Part shown: one piece after another, positions 12,528 to 26,775 of the stretch
Position numbering within the stretch: position 1 is the first letter of the stretch
Layout of the letters: each line of letters starts with the position of its first letter
Assembly: GCA_964016885.1 (NCBI GenBank)
Contig: OZ024743.1
Location: forward strand, 110,546,001 to 110,610,000
Source: Eledone cirrhosa
Taxonomy: Eukaryota
Direction: 5' to 3'
DNA: 64,000 bases
The notes under the pieces: model-generated
Databases searched by the model: none
What the model saw: the letters and a program-made list of their open reading frames with translations, nothing else
What the model was told of the DNA's origin: nothing
Position numbers and translations under genes: made by a program

Positions 12528-14107
12528 CGTGTGTGTGTGTATGTGTGTGTGTGTGTGTGTCTTCATTACATTAACTACTTGTTCCTGATGTAATCATATA
12601 TCACTGCACAAATATTCAATTATCGTTATTAGGAACAGGTCTGCCCACGTTAGTCTGATCTCTTGCTTTATTTCAACATATACAATTGAAGGTTGTTTGT
12701 TTATTGATTAACGTACTACGTATTCCCGTTTGATCTCATTATTGACCTTGAATTATCTTTAATATATAAAATATGTCTAATGCATAATAACATTTTATCC
12801 TATTTAATGATATAGCCGTGCATCATTGTTTGTAACATAACACTTCTATTTAAATATATTCACATACATATGAACACGCATATTAAGACGCGTGACGTAT
12901 GATTATGCCGTTTAATTCATGGTCATAATGCCGTATCCTTGCTGTCAGGATCTTGGGAGGTGTTGAGTCCTTGAGAAAGTTACCTCAATTCACCATTCTT
13001 CACTTTATTTAGCAGAGGCTAATGTGTACACAGAATCAGGGTTAGACCTTCCTGATAGCGTTGGGGTACTCTATCAATAAAATAACCAGAAAACCACTCA
13101 GGAAATACAACCGTGTAAGAATCCAGCTGCATATACATATTGTAGCCGAAAACTGCAACAAAACTAATACGTCGATATCATATATTTTCTATCTAATTGT
13201 GTGTGTAGTGATAGATTGTTTAGTGAAGGCTGCTTTGTATTTTAATGGAACATTTCTGCAACGCATTCATCGAAAACTAAACCCGCGTGTTTGGATATAT
13301 TTTCCATTATTTTGCCGAATATATTCAAATTGATGTTGGATTACACAAGTATTTCTATCTCTACAGCACTGGAAAGATCTTCTTGATAGCCTGATCTTTT
13401 GTACACATTCCTACCTTTAAATCCCCACTGATAGTAAGCAATATGCTGGAAATATTCTCATAAATAAAGAAGTTCATTTTCTATTAATACGCTTTGAACA
13501 ATTCAATTATATAATATACTGATTATCGTCTTAAGAAGTAATTATAAACGTACAATAAATCGATAGGCGACTTGACGTTTTATCAATACACATGAATTGA
13601 AAGAATATGTGGTGAAGGAACGTTGTTCGGGACATTGAAATGAATATTATTTCTTAATGATACATTATCGAAACGTTGCTGCTCATTTAATAATCGAATC
13701 CGTTATAAAATGAAAATTATTGAACAGAAAAAAATGCTATTGCATATCATATATGTTATCTCATTCTAATGGCAATAAAACAACGTATGATACACTAAAT
13801 AATCCAAGGTTTCGGAAATATGGAATATTAGTTGAACTGCATAAGGTAATTTATTTTTTCGCTTGAAAATCAATAACTTTTTTTTACTATATGTTGGAAT
13901 CTACCCAACAAATCATCAAATGATAAAATAATATTTAAATGAATAAATGATGTACTTTTTACATTATATATAGATATAGAAATGTGTATGTGTGTGTGTG
14001 TACATGATAAAAATGGTACATTGGAATGAATTATAAAGATATTAAAATATGCGCGTGCGAGTGAGATGGAGTAGGAGAGAATTAGAGAGAAGGGGGGAAG
14101 AGAGAGT

Positions 14108-14111
<4 letters not shown>

Positions 14112-14199
<88 letters not shown>

Positions 14200-14211
14200 G
14201 AGAGAGAGAGA

Positions 14212-14273
<62 letters not shown>
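14112..14273. repeat. Compound (TA)n(GA)n microsatellite, one of dozens of (TA)n/(CA)n/(GA)n tracts
   Basis: Direct reading. Confidence 0.95.
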
Positions 14274-14276
<3 letters not shown>

Positions 14277-15877
14277 CAATTATCTTTTGAGCAGAATTTG
14301 GAAAAAAAACGAGAATAGGCATCTCTTATGTTTGCAAATTGTAGGAGTTACATAATTTTAAAATTTTAAATGCATGCAGTTTGATTTCTCCATATAAAAT
14401 CCCTGAATTTAAAGGTATATTCGGGAATGTTGATAATTTTATTGGCAGTTACAAAACATACCGTGTGAAATTATTTGAAATAATTCATTGAAACTGCATA
14501 AAAGATGATATTAATACATTTGTGGAGGTAAATTATTGACATGTTGGTATCCTCATTCATAACGTTGTAGACGGCTTCCCTCGGCAAAAGATGCACCATC
14601 TGTAGATTATGGAAGAATGGTACTGCCCAATAATATTTATATCTTTCACCTTTAGTTTATATTTAATGTCTTTAGCATGTTCACTCAGTTTTGTCTCTTC
14701 CATAAGGTTTTTTTCAATCATACCTCAAATGCTTTGATGAATCAGACTTCATTCTGCATTCATTAATTTTTCTGTAGGTTCAAGAAAAATCCCCATAGTA
14801 GACGGTACGACTGCTGAAAGACCAAGCAACAGGAAATAATATCAATTTCGTGGAAATTCACAGACACTATTTTATTAACCTATCAACATGTTCACCATTG
14901 TATATGATAATGAAATAAACCGAAAGACAATTCTAATGGGTGTTAATATTTAAAGACTAATTCTCCGAATAAAAAACAACATATGTTCAAGGACGACATA
15001 CATTTAAGCGCATTATAATATAGATAGAATCAGTTCATTTTAACACCACTTACCCGTGCTGGAGTGAGCAGAAATTTCGAAACCATCCCAAGTACTAGAA
15101 ACATATCACTCACTGGTTACTTTCCTCAAGTCCCTCATGGAGGGTTTGAATAGTAGAATGGGTGATGGTGTTTGGGATTTGATTAAACTACTAAAAATAT
15201 TGCCCGACACCCGTTTCACTGATGAAATGAAAACCAAATGCTTTATTTGTATTCCGTTTTGCAGTAATGCACTCATTTTGAAATAATGTGGCAATGATTG
15301 AATATTTAGGTCATCCAGATAATAAAGACTAAATTGTATTTTAAAGCGAAACATTTTTACAAATATTGACCATCAAATGAAAACGGAAATTTTAAAATAT
15401 CTAAATATTCAACTTCTTTACAAAAAAATATAGTGGAAATCATTGCTGGGAATTTCTTTGTAACAAACGAAATGTCATAAAACGAAAAGTTATTCTGATT
15501 AAGAAATACATGTAGTTTATGGTAAAGTGCAGAAAAATAGATTGATGTATTTTCAAAAGAAGAAAAACCTATAAATACAAACACTACCAAAAGCTGCATA
15601 GTTGTTAAACTGATTTTATTTGTTTTTATTGATCATTATTTTTTTCTTAATTGTAGATTCCAGCATTTTTTTGTATTATTTCTGCATACGATTTATTGGT
15701 GGTGTCCTATTTCTTGTTTGGGTTTTGACATTTCAAACTTCGAGAAAAAATCTCTACCTGCAAAAAATGTATAAGCGAATTTACTCGCAGTAACTGACGT
15801 CAACATAAAACAAATCCCAAATAAGTGGGTATATTAAAAATAAGTATATATAGTACATACATTGAAAATAAAACATA

Positions 15878-15934
15878 ATACCTTATCCTAGGTTCATTAA
15901 ATATCTAATATTTAATGAACCTAGGATAAGGTAT
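15878..15934. repeat. Perfect 27-bp inverted repeat with 3-nt loop
   Basis: ataccttatcctaggttcattaaatat-cta-atatttaatgaacctaggataaggtat. Confidence 0.95.
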
Positions 15935-16296
15935 CTAATGTTCCTCAAATGGATTTTTATTACATTAAATTTGCAAATAAGTAACATAATATAATTTAGC
16001 ATAAAAAAAAATGAAAATATATACATTTAAACATTTCTCATGGATGCGATTGCAACATGATTTTATAATATGATGCCTTAATTGCCCATATCATAACAAG
16101 GCACTGACAATATTGAAGCAATGCAATATTCTCGTTGCCAGCATATCACCTACCGATAGTTTTGTATCTTGGACTACAATATATGTTTAGTATTTTCATG
16201 GCAATATAGTAGAAGAGGGTTTATAAAAGCTTTGGTATTTGCGCTGTGAAATTAACAATGTTGAATTGGTCCTCGCAATAAAACTGTTTTCTATAA

Positions 16297-16483
16297 TAAT
16301 TGTTTCTACTTTTGGCAAAAGGCCAGCAATTACCCACTGCATTACTGGTACGTTATTTTATCGAACCCCTAAGGATGAAAGGCAAAGTTAACTTCGGCGG
16401 GATTTGAACTCAGAATTGCAAGGGCGTAACTCTATACGTCAAAGAATGGCGTCCTACCCTCTACAGATACTGCCAATCCACCT
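16297..16483 (-). mobile_element. tRNA-derived SINE
   Basis: Full-length reverse complement of the SINE consensus. Confidence 0.85.
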
Positions 16484-16969
16484 CAGTTGACAATACAGAC
16501 TCTATAATCATATATGATATTTATATTGTAGGGTGGGTAAACTTATTTATAAATAATACTAATATATATTTCGACGCTAAAGTGTTGATATTAGACCCCC
16601 CACCCTCCCAAAAAATGCCAACAAAACAAATATAATGCAATAAATGTAGCAATCGAATGGTGAATCCAAATTCTTTAAAGAAAGATATACGGCATATATT
16701 TTAGATTCAACATAGGCTCAGAAATTTTAGATTTTAGATGATTTAATATTTCTGAACAGTTCGTAGTTACTATCCCTTTGATAGGTTGTACAATGGTATG
16801 TGGCAACTAAGTGAAAATGTTCAAATATCGTAGGGAAGCCAAAGTAAGAGCGGTAGGCTAAGTATAGAATATGTGAAGAGAAAAATAACAAAAACATATA
16901 GAAACGTTAGAGTCTCTCTCTTACGCACACATAAACACACGCACACACGCGCACTCTCTTTCTCTCTCT

Positions 16970-17065
<96 letters not shown>

Positions 17066-17208
17066 ATATATATATATATACATATACATAAACAGATACA
17101 TACATAAAGCTAAAGTATGTTATTTAGGTCATCGCCTCAGGGTTCCTATATTGATTTCTAACATGTGGCTTGGATAATTTTCTAAACACTGACACACAAC
17201 CACATAAC

Positions 17209-17304
<96 letters not shown>

Positions 17305-17447
17305 TGAATGAGTAGGACCCCGACAGCTGAGCTCAAGCCGTTTCGACGGCTAATTCTGGACCGTACCTATTACCCACTCTACTACCCTAAGTATTGAGTA
17401 CTTTGGTGCGTTATGGTCCACCTGGTTCCTTACCACATTGCCTCATT
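17305..17447 (+). mobile_element. Family A mini element (inverted arm joined to tail)
   Basis: gagtaggaccccgacagctgagctc...ctggac followed by cctattacccactctac...accacatt. Confidence 0.8.
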
Positions 17448-18166
17448 ATATATATATATATATCCATATAATCTTTTCTTTCATAGCTCACTCTCTGTCT
17501 TTCTCCCATGTGAATACAAGTTTGGGTTTTTGTATAAGAAGTCTTTTTCTAAATTCTTTTTTTCACTTTGTTCTACGTACCGTAAGAATTCTTTGTAAAA
17601 TACTATTTTATTACAAATGTCTTATTCTGTAAGACATTTGTTTAGGATTTCGTTAGAAAACATCAAAATATTTTCAATATACTATATATACTTCAATGTA
17701 CTATTAATCATTTATACCATGTCAATACCACATACATCACTATTTGTTTCCTTCCTACAAATAAACATAATGGAATAACAATATAATAACAATATCTATG
17801 ATAAATAATAGATAAAGAAATGAGACAGAAATATTATTACGAATATGTAATAACAATGTTTCATAAATTAGTTTCATCATGGATTGTTCATATTATAATC
17901 TCTAACATAGTAAGTGATGCGTTAAAAATATATTCGAACGTAAAGCAAAGAGAACAACGAAGCATTATTTTTGTTCAACGTTTGAAGAAACGAAAATATG
18001 AGCTGCCCACATCGATATCAATCTTATTACCACCTGACATATTTTAAGTTGTTTAGTATCAAGATACAGGTGAAACTCTATAAAGGGGAAAGCTAATGTT
18101 GCTAAGCAGATGTGTTTGAGATAAACTACATCCAGTGTATGGTCTGTCTTCATTATATATATATAG

Positions 18167-18355
18167 GGGCGGTGGATTGGCAGTATCGGTAGAGGGTCGG
18201 ACGCCATGTTTCCAGCATAGTTACGTCCCTTTACGATCTGAGTTCAAATCCCGCCGAGGTTGACTTTGCCTTTCCTCCTTACGGGGTCGATAAAATAAAG
18301 TACCAGTAATGCACTGGGTAATTGCTGGCCTTGTGCCTAAAGTAGAAACAATTAT
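18167..18355 (+). mobile_element. tRNA-derived SINE, full length
   Basis: A box tggcagtatcgg, B box gagttcaaatccc, central gcctttcctccttacggggtcgataaaataaagtaccag, tail gtagaaacaatta. Confidence 0.9.
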
Positions 18356-18599
18356 ATATATATATATATGAAAAACTTAGCACATCCAATATGAGGCCCA
18401 TCATATAGTAATTGTGTTTGGGGGTGTTGTGAACACAGATGTGAAACGTCAAATAAATGTACATTGTGATATTAAATACTTGCAATTTCTATTATGTTAT
18501 TGAGTACATAAACTTTGGACTGTCAAACATATACATCTGTGAGGAAAGAGTTCATTTTTTTTTCCCTAAATAATTCCAGGTAAAACTGCAATTTTTAAC

Positions 18600-20967
18600 A
18601 CTATGTAGAGTGTGGGAGAGTTACGTGGTAATTGGTTAAGAGAGGAAGGTTGGAAGAGTGTGTTGTATATTGGATATAGAAAGGGAGGAGGGGATTGATG
18701 TTTAATGATGTAGAGAGGAATTTGAATAGAGTTCCGTGTAGTGGATATAAAGAGGGGCAGGTTATGGCGGTAATCCACATGGAGAGGGGGAGAGTTTGGT
18801 GTAAATTGATATAGATAGGGATATTAAAGTAAGTTCCGTTTAGTAGATATAGAGAGCGGGAGGGTTTGATGATAATTGATCTATAGAGTGCCCTTCTAAG
18901 AGAGTTTCGTGTATTATATATACATAGGGGGAGATATGTTGTTAATTGATATAGAACGGGTATTAGGAGAGAGTGTTGTATGGTTTATGTAGAGAGGAGG
19001 GAGTTTGGTGGTAATGGACATATTGAGAGAATTGATATTGATAGGTATTGGTAGATATCGGTATTGTAGAGAGAGAGAGAGAGTTTCGTATTGATCGATA
19101 GAGTGAGAGGGATTGAGAGAGAGTGCTGAATGGTATATATATATAGAGAGAGAGGTGCATAGTTTGGCGGTAAGTGATGTAGTGAGGGGTTTTTTGAGAG
19201 TGTATTATATATAGTGAGGGGGAGAGTATGAGGCTCATTAATACAGAGAGGGGTATTGAAAGAGATTTCCGATAGTATATTTAGAGAGGGGGAGAGTTTG
19301 GTGCTAATTGATATAAAGAGGGGGAATGGGTACCTTGTAGTAGATGTAGAGAGGGGGAGTATGGTGTAAATTGATATAGAGAGGGGGATCGGAAAAGAGT
19401 TATGTGTAGTAGATATAGAGAGGGCGAGAGTTTGGTATAAATTGATATAGAGAGGGGATTGGAAGAGAGTTCCGTGTAGTAGATATAATAACGGGGAGAG
19501 TTTGGTAATACTTCATATAAAGAGGGAGATGGGAAGAGAGTTCCGTTTAGTAGATATAGAGAGAGTGAGCGTTTCGTATTAATTGACATAAAAGGGGGTT
19601 TGAAGAGAGGTCCGTGTAGTAGATATAGAAGAGGGGAGTATTTGGTGTTCCTTGATATACAGAGAGAGATTAGTAAAGAGTTTCGTGTAGTTGATATAAA
19701 GAAGGGGGAGAGTTTGGTGTTCCTCTATATAGAGAGTGGGAGTGGAAGATAGTTCCGTGTAGTAGATATAAAGAGGGGGGAGTTTGGTGCTAATAATATA
19801 GAGAGTGAAATTTGAAAAGCATGTTGTATGTTTGATGTAGAGAGGGGAGAGTTTTGTGGTAATGAATAGAGGGAGTGGATTGATAGAGATAGCTATTGAT
19901 AGAGAAAATGAGTGGGATAGTTTGGTAGTGATAGATAGATTGAGGGGGAATAAGAATGTGTGTAGTATGGTAGATATAGAGCGGGGATAGTTTGGTGGTA
20001 ATTAATATAGCGAGGGGTTTGGGGAGAAGTTTTTGTGCAGTAGATATAGTGTTGATTAGAGTTTGATGTTTATTGATATTGGAAGATAATTCCGTGTAGA
20101 AAATATAGAGAAGTGATAGTTTTATATTAATTGTTATAGAGAGGGGCATTGGTAGTGAGTTCCGTGTAGTAGATATAGAGATAATGAGAGAGAGTCTTGT
20201 ATGAAAGATATACAGAGGGGGATAGTTTGGTGGTAATTGATATATAGATAGGTGTGGGAGAGTGTGTTTTAGAAGGGAATTGGAAGGGAATTGGAAGATA
20301 TTTCCTCGTAATAGATATAAAGAGTAGTAGAGTGTCGTGTTATTTGATATAGAGAGGGGGATTGGAAGATAGTTCCGTGTAGTAGATATAGTGAGACTGT
20401 ATGGGTGATATAGAGAGGGGTATCGTTTAATAGTAAATGATATAGAGAACGGCGTTTGGAGAGTGAGTTTATTATTAGATACAGAGAGGTGGTTGGAAGA
20501 GAGTTCCGTGTAGTAGATATAGAGAATGGGAGAGTTTGATTTTTATTGATATAGAGAGGGGGATTAGAAGAGTTTACCATGTAGTAGATATATAGAGAAG
20601 GCTATACTATGGTGTTAATTGATATAGAGAGTGGGAAGAAAGTACTGTGTAGTAGATATAGAGAGGGCGAGGAATTGTTGGTTGTAGATATACAGAGAAG
20701 GATAATGGGAGAGTTCCGTGTATTAGATAGAGAGAGTATGAGAGTTTAGGGGAGGTTGATATACAGAGGAGTATTGGAAGAGATAAGTGTAGATGTGTAG
20801 ATATTCATAGAGAGTGAGAGAGTGTATTAGTCTTAGATATAGTGAATGGAATAAGAGACGCGGTGTCGTGGTAGGTATAGAGTGTTTGTGTTTGTTTTAG
20901 TAGATACAGAGAGGAGGATTAAAAGATAGTTTTGTGTGATAGACATAGAGCAGGGGAGAGTTTGGTT
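18600..20967. repeat. Diverged ~70-bp purine-rich tandem array (roughly 30+ units)
   Basis: The tagtagatata motif recurs at ~19407, 19477, 19548 and 19617. Unit is approximately gagagtttggtgtaaattgatatagagaggggattggaa + gagagttccgtgtagtagatatagagaggg. Confidence 0.9.
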
Positions 20968-20968
20968 G

Positions 20969-21301
20969 CACACTTGGGTCTCAAATAATAGGAGTGGTGG
21001 CAATAATGTGTGTGGGGGGGGGCTAAATCAGTAATTGTGTAGTGTAAGGGCGTTAATAAGAGATTTCTTGTAAAGTTCTTTTGTCATATAAAAATGTTTT
21101 ATGTAATGTAAAATAAAATTATTATTATATTCTCTTGCTGTTATATCAATATGAAGCACTTGCAATAAAATTTCACCGGAGATAGATTAGCAAAATTTAA
21201 TAAAAATCTGGAGGTTGTTGGTGGAATAATAACCGGTGAGGGGTAAAAATTTACAACTGAATAAACGGGAGGTGGGGTGGATCGTTCAAGACCTGAGTGT
21301 A
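20969..21301. mobile_element. MITE-like element with degenerate ~20-bp TIRs
   Basis: Left acactTGggtctCAaaTAat versus reverse complement of right acactCAggtctTGaaCGat. Confidence 0.5.
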
Positions 21302-21485
21302 CGTGAATTATTGAAAAACGTAAGAATAAAAACTCAATACCGAAGTAGAGTTTAAATATTCATTTATTATGGCTAAGCCTTGTTATTCTAGAGTCATACC
21401 TGCGTACTCACCAGGCAAGACTGGTGCTCCCGTGAATGCGCAGATGAAACTTTAGAGTAACTAAGCTCACCAACAGTCATAATAA

Positions 21486-21523
<38 letters not shown>

Positions 21524-21528
<5 letters not shown>

Positions 21529-21620
21529 ACTCAATACTTGAGGTAGTAGAGTGGGTAATAGGAACCAGTAAGACCCCGACAGCTGAGCTCAAGCCGTTTC
21601 GACGGCTAATTCTGGACTAA
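21524..21620 (-). mobile_element. Family A fragment in (TA)n
   Basis: aagtactcaatacttgagg...gagctcaagccgtttcgacggctaattctggactaa. Confidence 0.85.
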
Positions 21621-22244
21621 AAATATATATATATATATATATAGGTGATGAATAAATTGGGTATAATATCAGTTTCTTAACAAATGCGAAGATGTTCGAT
21701 ATATTAACGTCTTATTAAAGTACACATAGCATATGCTTTTTTTTATTTACAGTATATACTTTCACTGGCGTCGATTATATTTTCTCCCAAGCTACCAAAA
21801 CATACATCTATTTGGTTATGCGTTAAAATGTATGCACTTGTTATGCTTATCGCATATCAACATTTTTTGACCATTTTAGAGCGAAAAATAGCTAAACTAA
21901 TCATTAAAACAAAATTGCCTAAGTTTGGCCCCCGAAATACAAACATGTTTTTACCGCCCTGTTACTGGTCTCTTTTTCGATACTAATTAGGTAAACATTT
22001 TTCAAATACACTTGGATACTGTAACATATCAAGTGTAAGTATGTATGTCAAAAACAAGTAAATACAAATATAAACGGAGTAGTGTTAATGAAGGTTCATG
22101 TGTTTTTCTCGTCAAGCGAAGAGTGATTGTGCGTACATTTGCAAATTACAATAGTTGAAGAAATGAAGAAAATTTAGAATGGTTGAAACAGGAATGAATC
22201 TTGTGAATTTTCCTTTGCCTATATATCTATATTTAAACGAATAA

Positions 22245-22372
22245 CACGCAGCACATTATTTCACATTGCTCCTTCTACCTGGAGTTGCGACCGATAGATA
22301 GTATTAACAATTGGAAAGACCAATGGATTCATTGTTTCCACGGTTCGATTGGACGAAGGTCGATCGACTGTC
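22245..22372 (+). mobile_element. 3' part of second SINE family
   Basis: ttgctccttctacctggagttgcgaccgatagatagtatt is shared with ~61788-61830. Confidence 0.7.
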
Positions 22373-22409
22373 GATATATATATATATATATATAAAATTT
22401 ATCGATTAG

Positions 22410-22484
<75 letters not shown>

Positions 22485-23789
22485 CTTTTTCCCGTCCACT
22501 CTTATTTTTAAATATATTGTATATTATCATGTGGGTATATGACATTCATTTCTAATTTTCATATAATACCAGGCCTTTATACCGAGGTCTACCTAATTTG
22601 GCAGTCCTGTCAGTAATTGTAGACTAGGGCCTATAGTTTAGTTGTGTCAACTTGCTTAGATGTTAATCTATGAAATATAAACCTGAGGCATCCGAGTTTC
22701 TTGGTCTTGTCATTCCACGTCATTCCATCTATCACATCAATTCGACCTTGTTGGGTCAGGAAGTGGCGGTACAATTGTACCAGCTATGTCCACTCAAAAT
22801 AGGCTCAAACCCACACGCGCATCCTGTACACTACAAGTTCATTTACCATCAGTTGTATGGTAGACAATACCCTAAAAAATGGACTTTAAATACATTTGAA
22901 ATATATCAAAGAAAATATGTAAATGACAATAACTTCTTGGTGAACTTAAACACACTATGAAACGTGCTTGCTAGAAAGTACGTACTATATTTCATGGCAA
23001 ATTGATTCAAAGACCAGGTAGACGACTCACATTGATTGATAATTAGTTGAAATGATATTCCTTATATCAATTAGCTCTCTCTGAAACACGCCTACTGGTG
23101 ATGGTTAGTTCAATGAAAGTGGGTTTGGTTACAGTTCCCTTTGGGAAAGTGTAGCAGGTGGTCAAAATAGAGAATCAGGTGTTGACCTGAATGTTAGAAA
23201 ATATATCATCACATATTTTTGAGAACTATCCCAGCTGTTCCTTAGATCGTATTATATGTCACCCGCATATGAACTAATAAGATGCCTTACAATAATTGCT
23301 CCCACAATTTCACACCTAAGAGAATCTATTGAGCAATTATGCAACCCCCATGGAGAATTAGTGAAACATAAGCCAGCTGCGGATAGTCTAGAAAGTATAG
23401 GTGGATATGATTTCATAAAATTGTCTGATTTGGGTAAACATGATGAAGGGATATGTAGATGAAATGAAGTTTCACTCCTTGCTGTCTGAAAGGAACATCG
23501 ATTTACAATAAAAAAAAACTTTCTTCCAGCAGAAGAGAACATATAATATAACTTGGATTCTCTCATATTTCCTTGTACACAATGGAGTTCTCAAACAGCA
23601 CCATTTGTGCCAATGTCAGAAAACTTCTTTCTCTTTGCCAGATAATGCTTCTTCTGCAATTAACGACGAGGGTTTCTAAATCTAAATAGAAGATCACAAC
23701 GCAATCCTCGATCTAATGAAAGATTTTCCCAATTCTGAGATACATTCAATCTGTCTACAGAAAAGGAGACCACTCAAGCATTTCAGAAA

Positions 23790-24420
23790 ATGCAGTACTG
23801 CATGAACTCCTGGTTAGCTTTAACATCTCTGTCATATGCATAGAGGTACTTCAATTAAAGTACACTAACATTTTCCAGCTATTATTGCACACAATGTTGG
23901 TGGAAATACCAGGTTCGCGTGTTCAGCCTCCGCAAATATTCAAACTGCATTCACTGATGGAGATAGGATTATCATCAAAACTTCATTGTTACCCTTAGTT
24001 ACATTAATTCGTGAATTGAACTATTGAAATATTTGAACGGAAATTACAGAGAATCTCCAAATTTGTATCTCCTCAAAGCTGCCGTCCTGTCTCAGAAATT
24101 GAATACAATGCTTTTGGTAAGAGGAGACTTCAATTGGCAAGTTACTAATCATTTCTCATATCACACACAGATCTATACTAGTGGTGAACATCTCGATTTT
24201 GTCAACTTTTACAATCTAATTACTGCTAATATCTTTTTCCATAAACCTCGAATGTAGTTGCAAACCGTTAAGAGATGATGTAACACACATTGATTGTTGT
24301 CTCTCCCGGAAAAGATGGCGTATAATCATCCAGGTTTTAACACACCCCACTCCTTAGGTTACCATAATTTTGTATAAACCAAATTCAACTTCTGTGTCCG
24401 AAAGCGTAAAGTTGTATCTC
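23790..24420 (+). pseudogene. Decayed LINE AP-endonuclease fragment
   Basis: LLVRGDFN...FSYH...SGEHLDF...NLITANIFFHK resembles the RTE-type endonuclease GDFN/NG/NT-F motifs. Confidence 0.55.
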
Positions 24421-24577
24421 ACTGACACCTTAACTAGCGTACAATTTAGCGTACAATAGTCTGTGATAAAGACAACACAATTGCATATCACATTGACAAT
24501 CTCCCTGGATCACAATAAGTGTTAGTATATATGCATATAAACACATGCATACACATACATTATTGCACACACACATA

Positions 24578-24620
<43 letters not shown>

Positions 24621-24682
24621 CCAATCTGTCCAATTCGATTGTCTACCAGCATATCAGGAAAGACATTATACATTTTCTATGT

Positions 24683-24744
24683 ATTTTGTCTGAGGAGAAC
24701 ATGTTTTGCTTTATGTTATACATCTTCGAAAACTATAATGAAAT
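24683..24744 (+). ncRNA. Degenerate type-I hammerhead in a pLTR fragment (~24620-24790)
   Basis: attttgt-CTGAGGA-gaacatgt...acatcttc-GAAA-actata-atgaaat. Same stem I as the 8134 HHR; stem III is weak. Confidence 0.55.
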
Positions 24745-24784
24745 AAATATAGATGATATAAAGTATATATCTTTCCTTTATTAC

Positions 24785-24846
<62 letters not shown>

Positions 24847-24849
<3 letters not shown>

Positions 24850-25355
24850 TGAAAACAATGAAATTAAAAAAATCAAGTCATTAGAGATATACTTCACTGC
24901 TTTACGATCGTTTCTAGATGATGATAATACATTGTAGCTATACTCCGTTATTGATCTATGTAAGGTTATTTAGAAAATATCGGATAAAGAGAATATTTAC
25001 TTACATGCATATCACCAGCTGTTTTCAAAAGCTTTTGAGTGCATTTGAAAACAGCTGGTGAAATGCATGTAAGTAAATATTCTCTTTATCTGATATTTTG
25101 TAACTAACCTTACGTAGATCAATAACGGAGTATAGCTACATTGTATTATCATCATCTAGAAACGATCGTAAAGCAGTGAAGTATATCTCTAATGACTTGA
25201 TTTTTTATTTCATTGTTTAAACTTATATCATGACTCTGTTTTCCTTTTAATGTTTTATTGTTTTCCGAGATTTATCTTAACGTACAACATTTTTAACATA
25301 TGGATTACATCGAGTTCTTCATGCAGAATAGACCCCACAACTTACTGTGGATACC

Positions 25356-25360
<5 letters not shown>
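24847..25360 (+). mobile_element. Family D fold-back element in (TA)n
   Basis: ~180-bp arms 24847-25029 and 25044-25226 plus a ~135-nt tail. Contains GAA-ACGATCGT-A, a palindromic stem III-like motif. Confidence 0.75.
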
Positions 25361-25410
<50 letters not shown>

Positions 25411-25417
<7 letters not shown>

Positions 25418-25640
25418 TAACATATTAAAGTTTAAGCAAAGAATCGCTGCTTTCACCCTTAACGGGATCTTCTGAAATTTGTCTCAGAAGATCCCGTTAG
25501 GGTTGAAAGCAGCGATTCTTTGCTTAAACTTTAATGTTATTTTAATAAATATTTGCTCTACGGTTCATATATCTTTGATATATATTATCCTTATCGAGCC
25601 CTCTTTGCATTTTCGTCTTAACCTTTATTATTATTACTAT
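25411..25640 (+). mobile_element. Family B fold-back element
   Basis: Arms ~25412-25475 and 25484-25545, then the family B tail. Confidence 0.8.
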
Positions 25641-26541
25641 ATATATATATACAGATTTATATACTGATTATTCATATTTTTCAGTTTCAATCAGTCTAAC
25701 TTTCTCTCTCTCTCTTCCCTCTCTCTTTCTCCATCACCCTCCTGCCCACTTTCGTTCTATGGATGAAATTGTCTGTGTACTGAGCACGATGTAAATGGGT
25801 TCCGTCAGCTTTAAAATAGGAAAGTCTCACCATTTGTCATGATGACATCACTACGTCTACAGCAGGATTCAAATACCAAGTTCTTGTTTTTTTCTTTATT
25901 AATTGTTTGGCAGACACCGGGTGGCTAGCTGTTCAGGATTGTTAACATGTTTTTGCATCTTCGAGTTGATCGTGTTGTAAAATGTATTTTTTATGGTTTC
26001 AAAATGGTCTTTTAGATTGAGTCGTTGTCTGTGACTATGAAAATTCATTGGTCATTCCTTTCTTTCAGTCTCCAATGTCTGTTTTTATTGATTCCCGTTA
26101 ATGCCCTTGCGAAGCATCGATTTTGTTTATGATTTTATCCAGATCTGGGTGGAATTTTTCCTGAACTTGACGGTCGTCTTGTGTCCTATCAACAATCGTT
26201 GCAGCTTTTCGTGGAGAAGATTTTTTTTTGTGATTCAATGAATATCTATCTGATTCAGCAGGTTTCTATCAAAACACAAACATGAATTTATAGATATGAA
26301 ATTACAAAACACGCCCCCCCCCCCACACACACACACACATAACACATACACACACATATATATATATATAGAGATATAGATATAGATATGTGTGTGTGTA
26401 TGTATGTAAGTATGTATAAGCATGTTTCTGTATATATTTACAACTGAATATAAATTTGGAAAAATGAAGTTCTGCAAATTATACTTTTTAAACATATATA
26501 GAGTTTGAGCTATTTAAGGTCTGGTATATCTGAAAGAGTTT

Positions 26542-26587
<46 letters not shown>

Positions 26588-26775
26588 AAATAAATTTAGT
26601 CAAATTAAATTAAAGGAGTCATGTCCGAGGTAATATTTGAAGATCTAGTTAAGATTTAATTAGTTACCTACCTAGCTGTGTGTGATTACACACTTTACAC
26701 ATTATGCCCTGTGATTGTTTCATGTGTTTATTCTAAATATATATATATATATATGTCAATCAATTTCTAGTTGAT

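Noticed and set aside
15053-15757. Possible minus-strand exon (ttttgcag acceptor, gtaagt donor) or plus-strand hAT-like peptide FLKSLMEGLNSRM
   Set aside because: No continuous ORF and only vague similarity; needs RNA-seq or tBLASTn.
18167-18260. tRNA gene
   Set aside because: The A and B boxes belong to a multi-copy SINE head with long spacing and no cloverleaf.
25484-25520. Family B tcagaaga-tcccgttagggtt-gaaa as a hammerhead
   Set aside because: Core is non-canonical and there is no convincing stem III or NUH site.
25800-26220. Possible minus-strand LINE endonuclease remnant (also 23040-23650 as possible RT)
   Set aside because: Only faint similarity, with no intact diagnostic motif.
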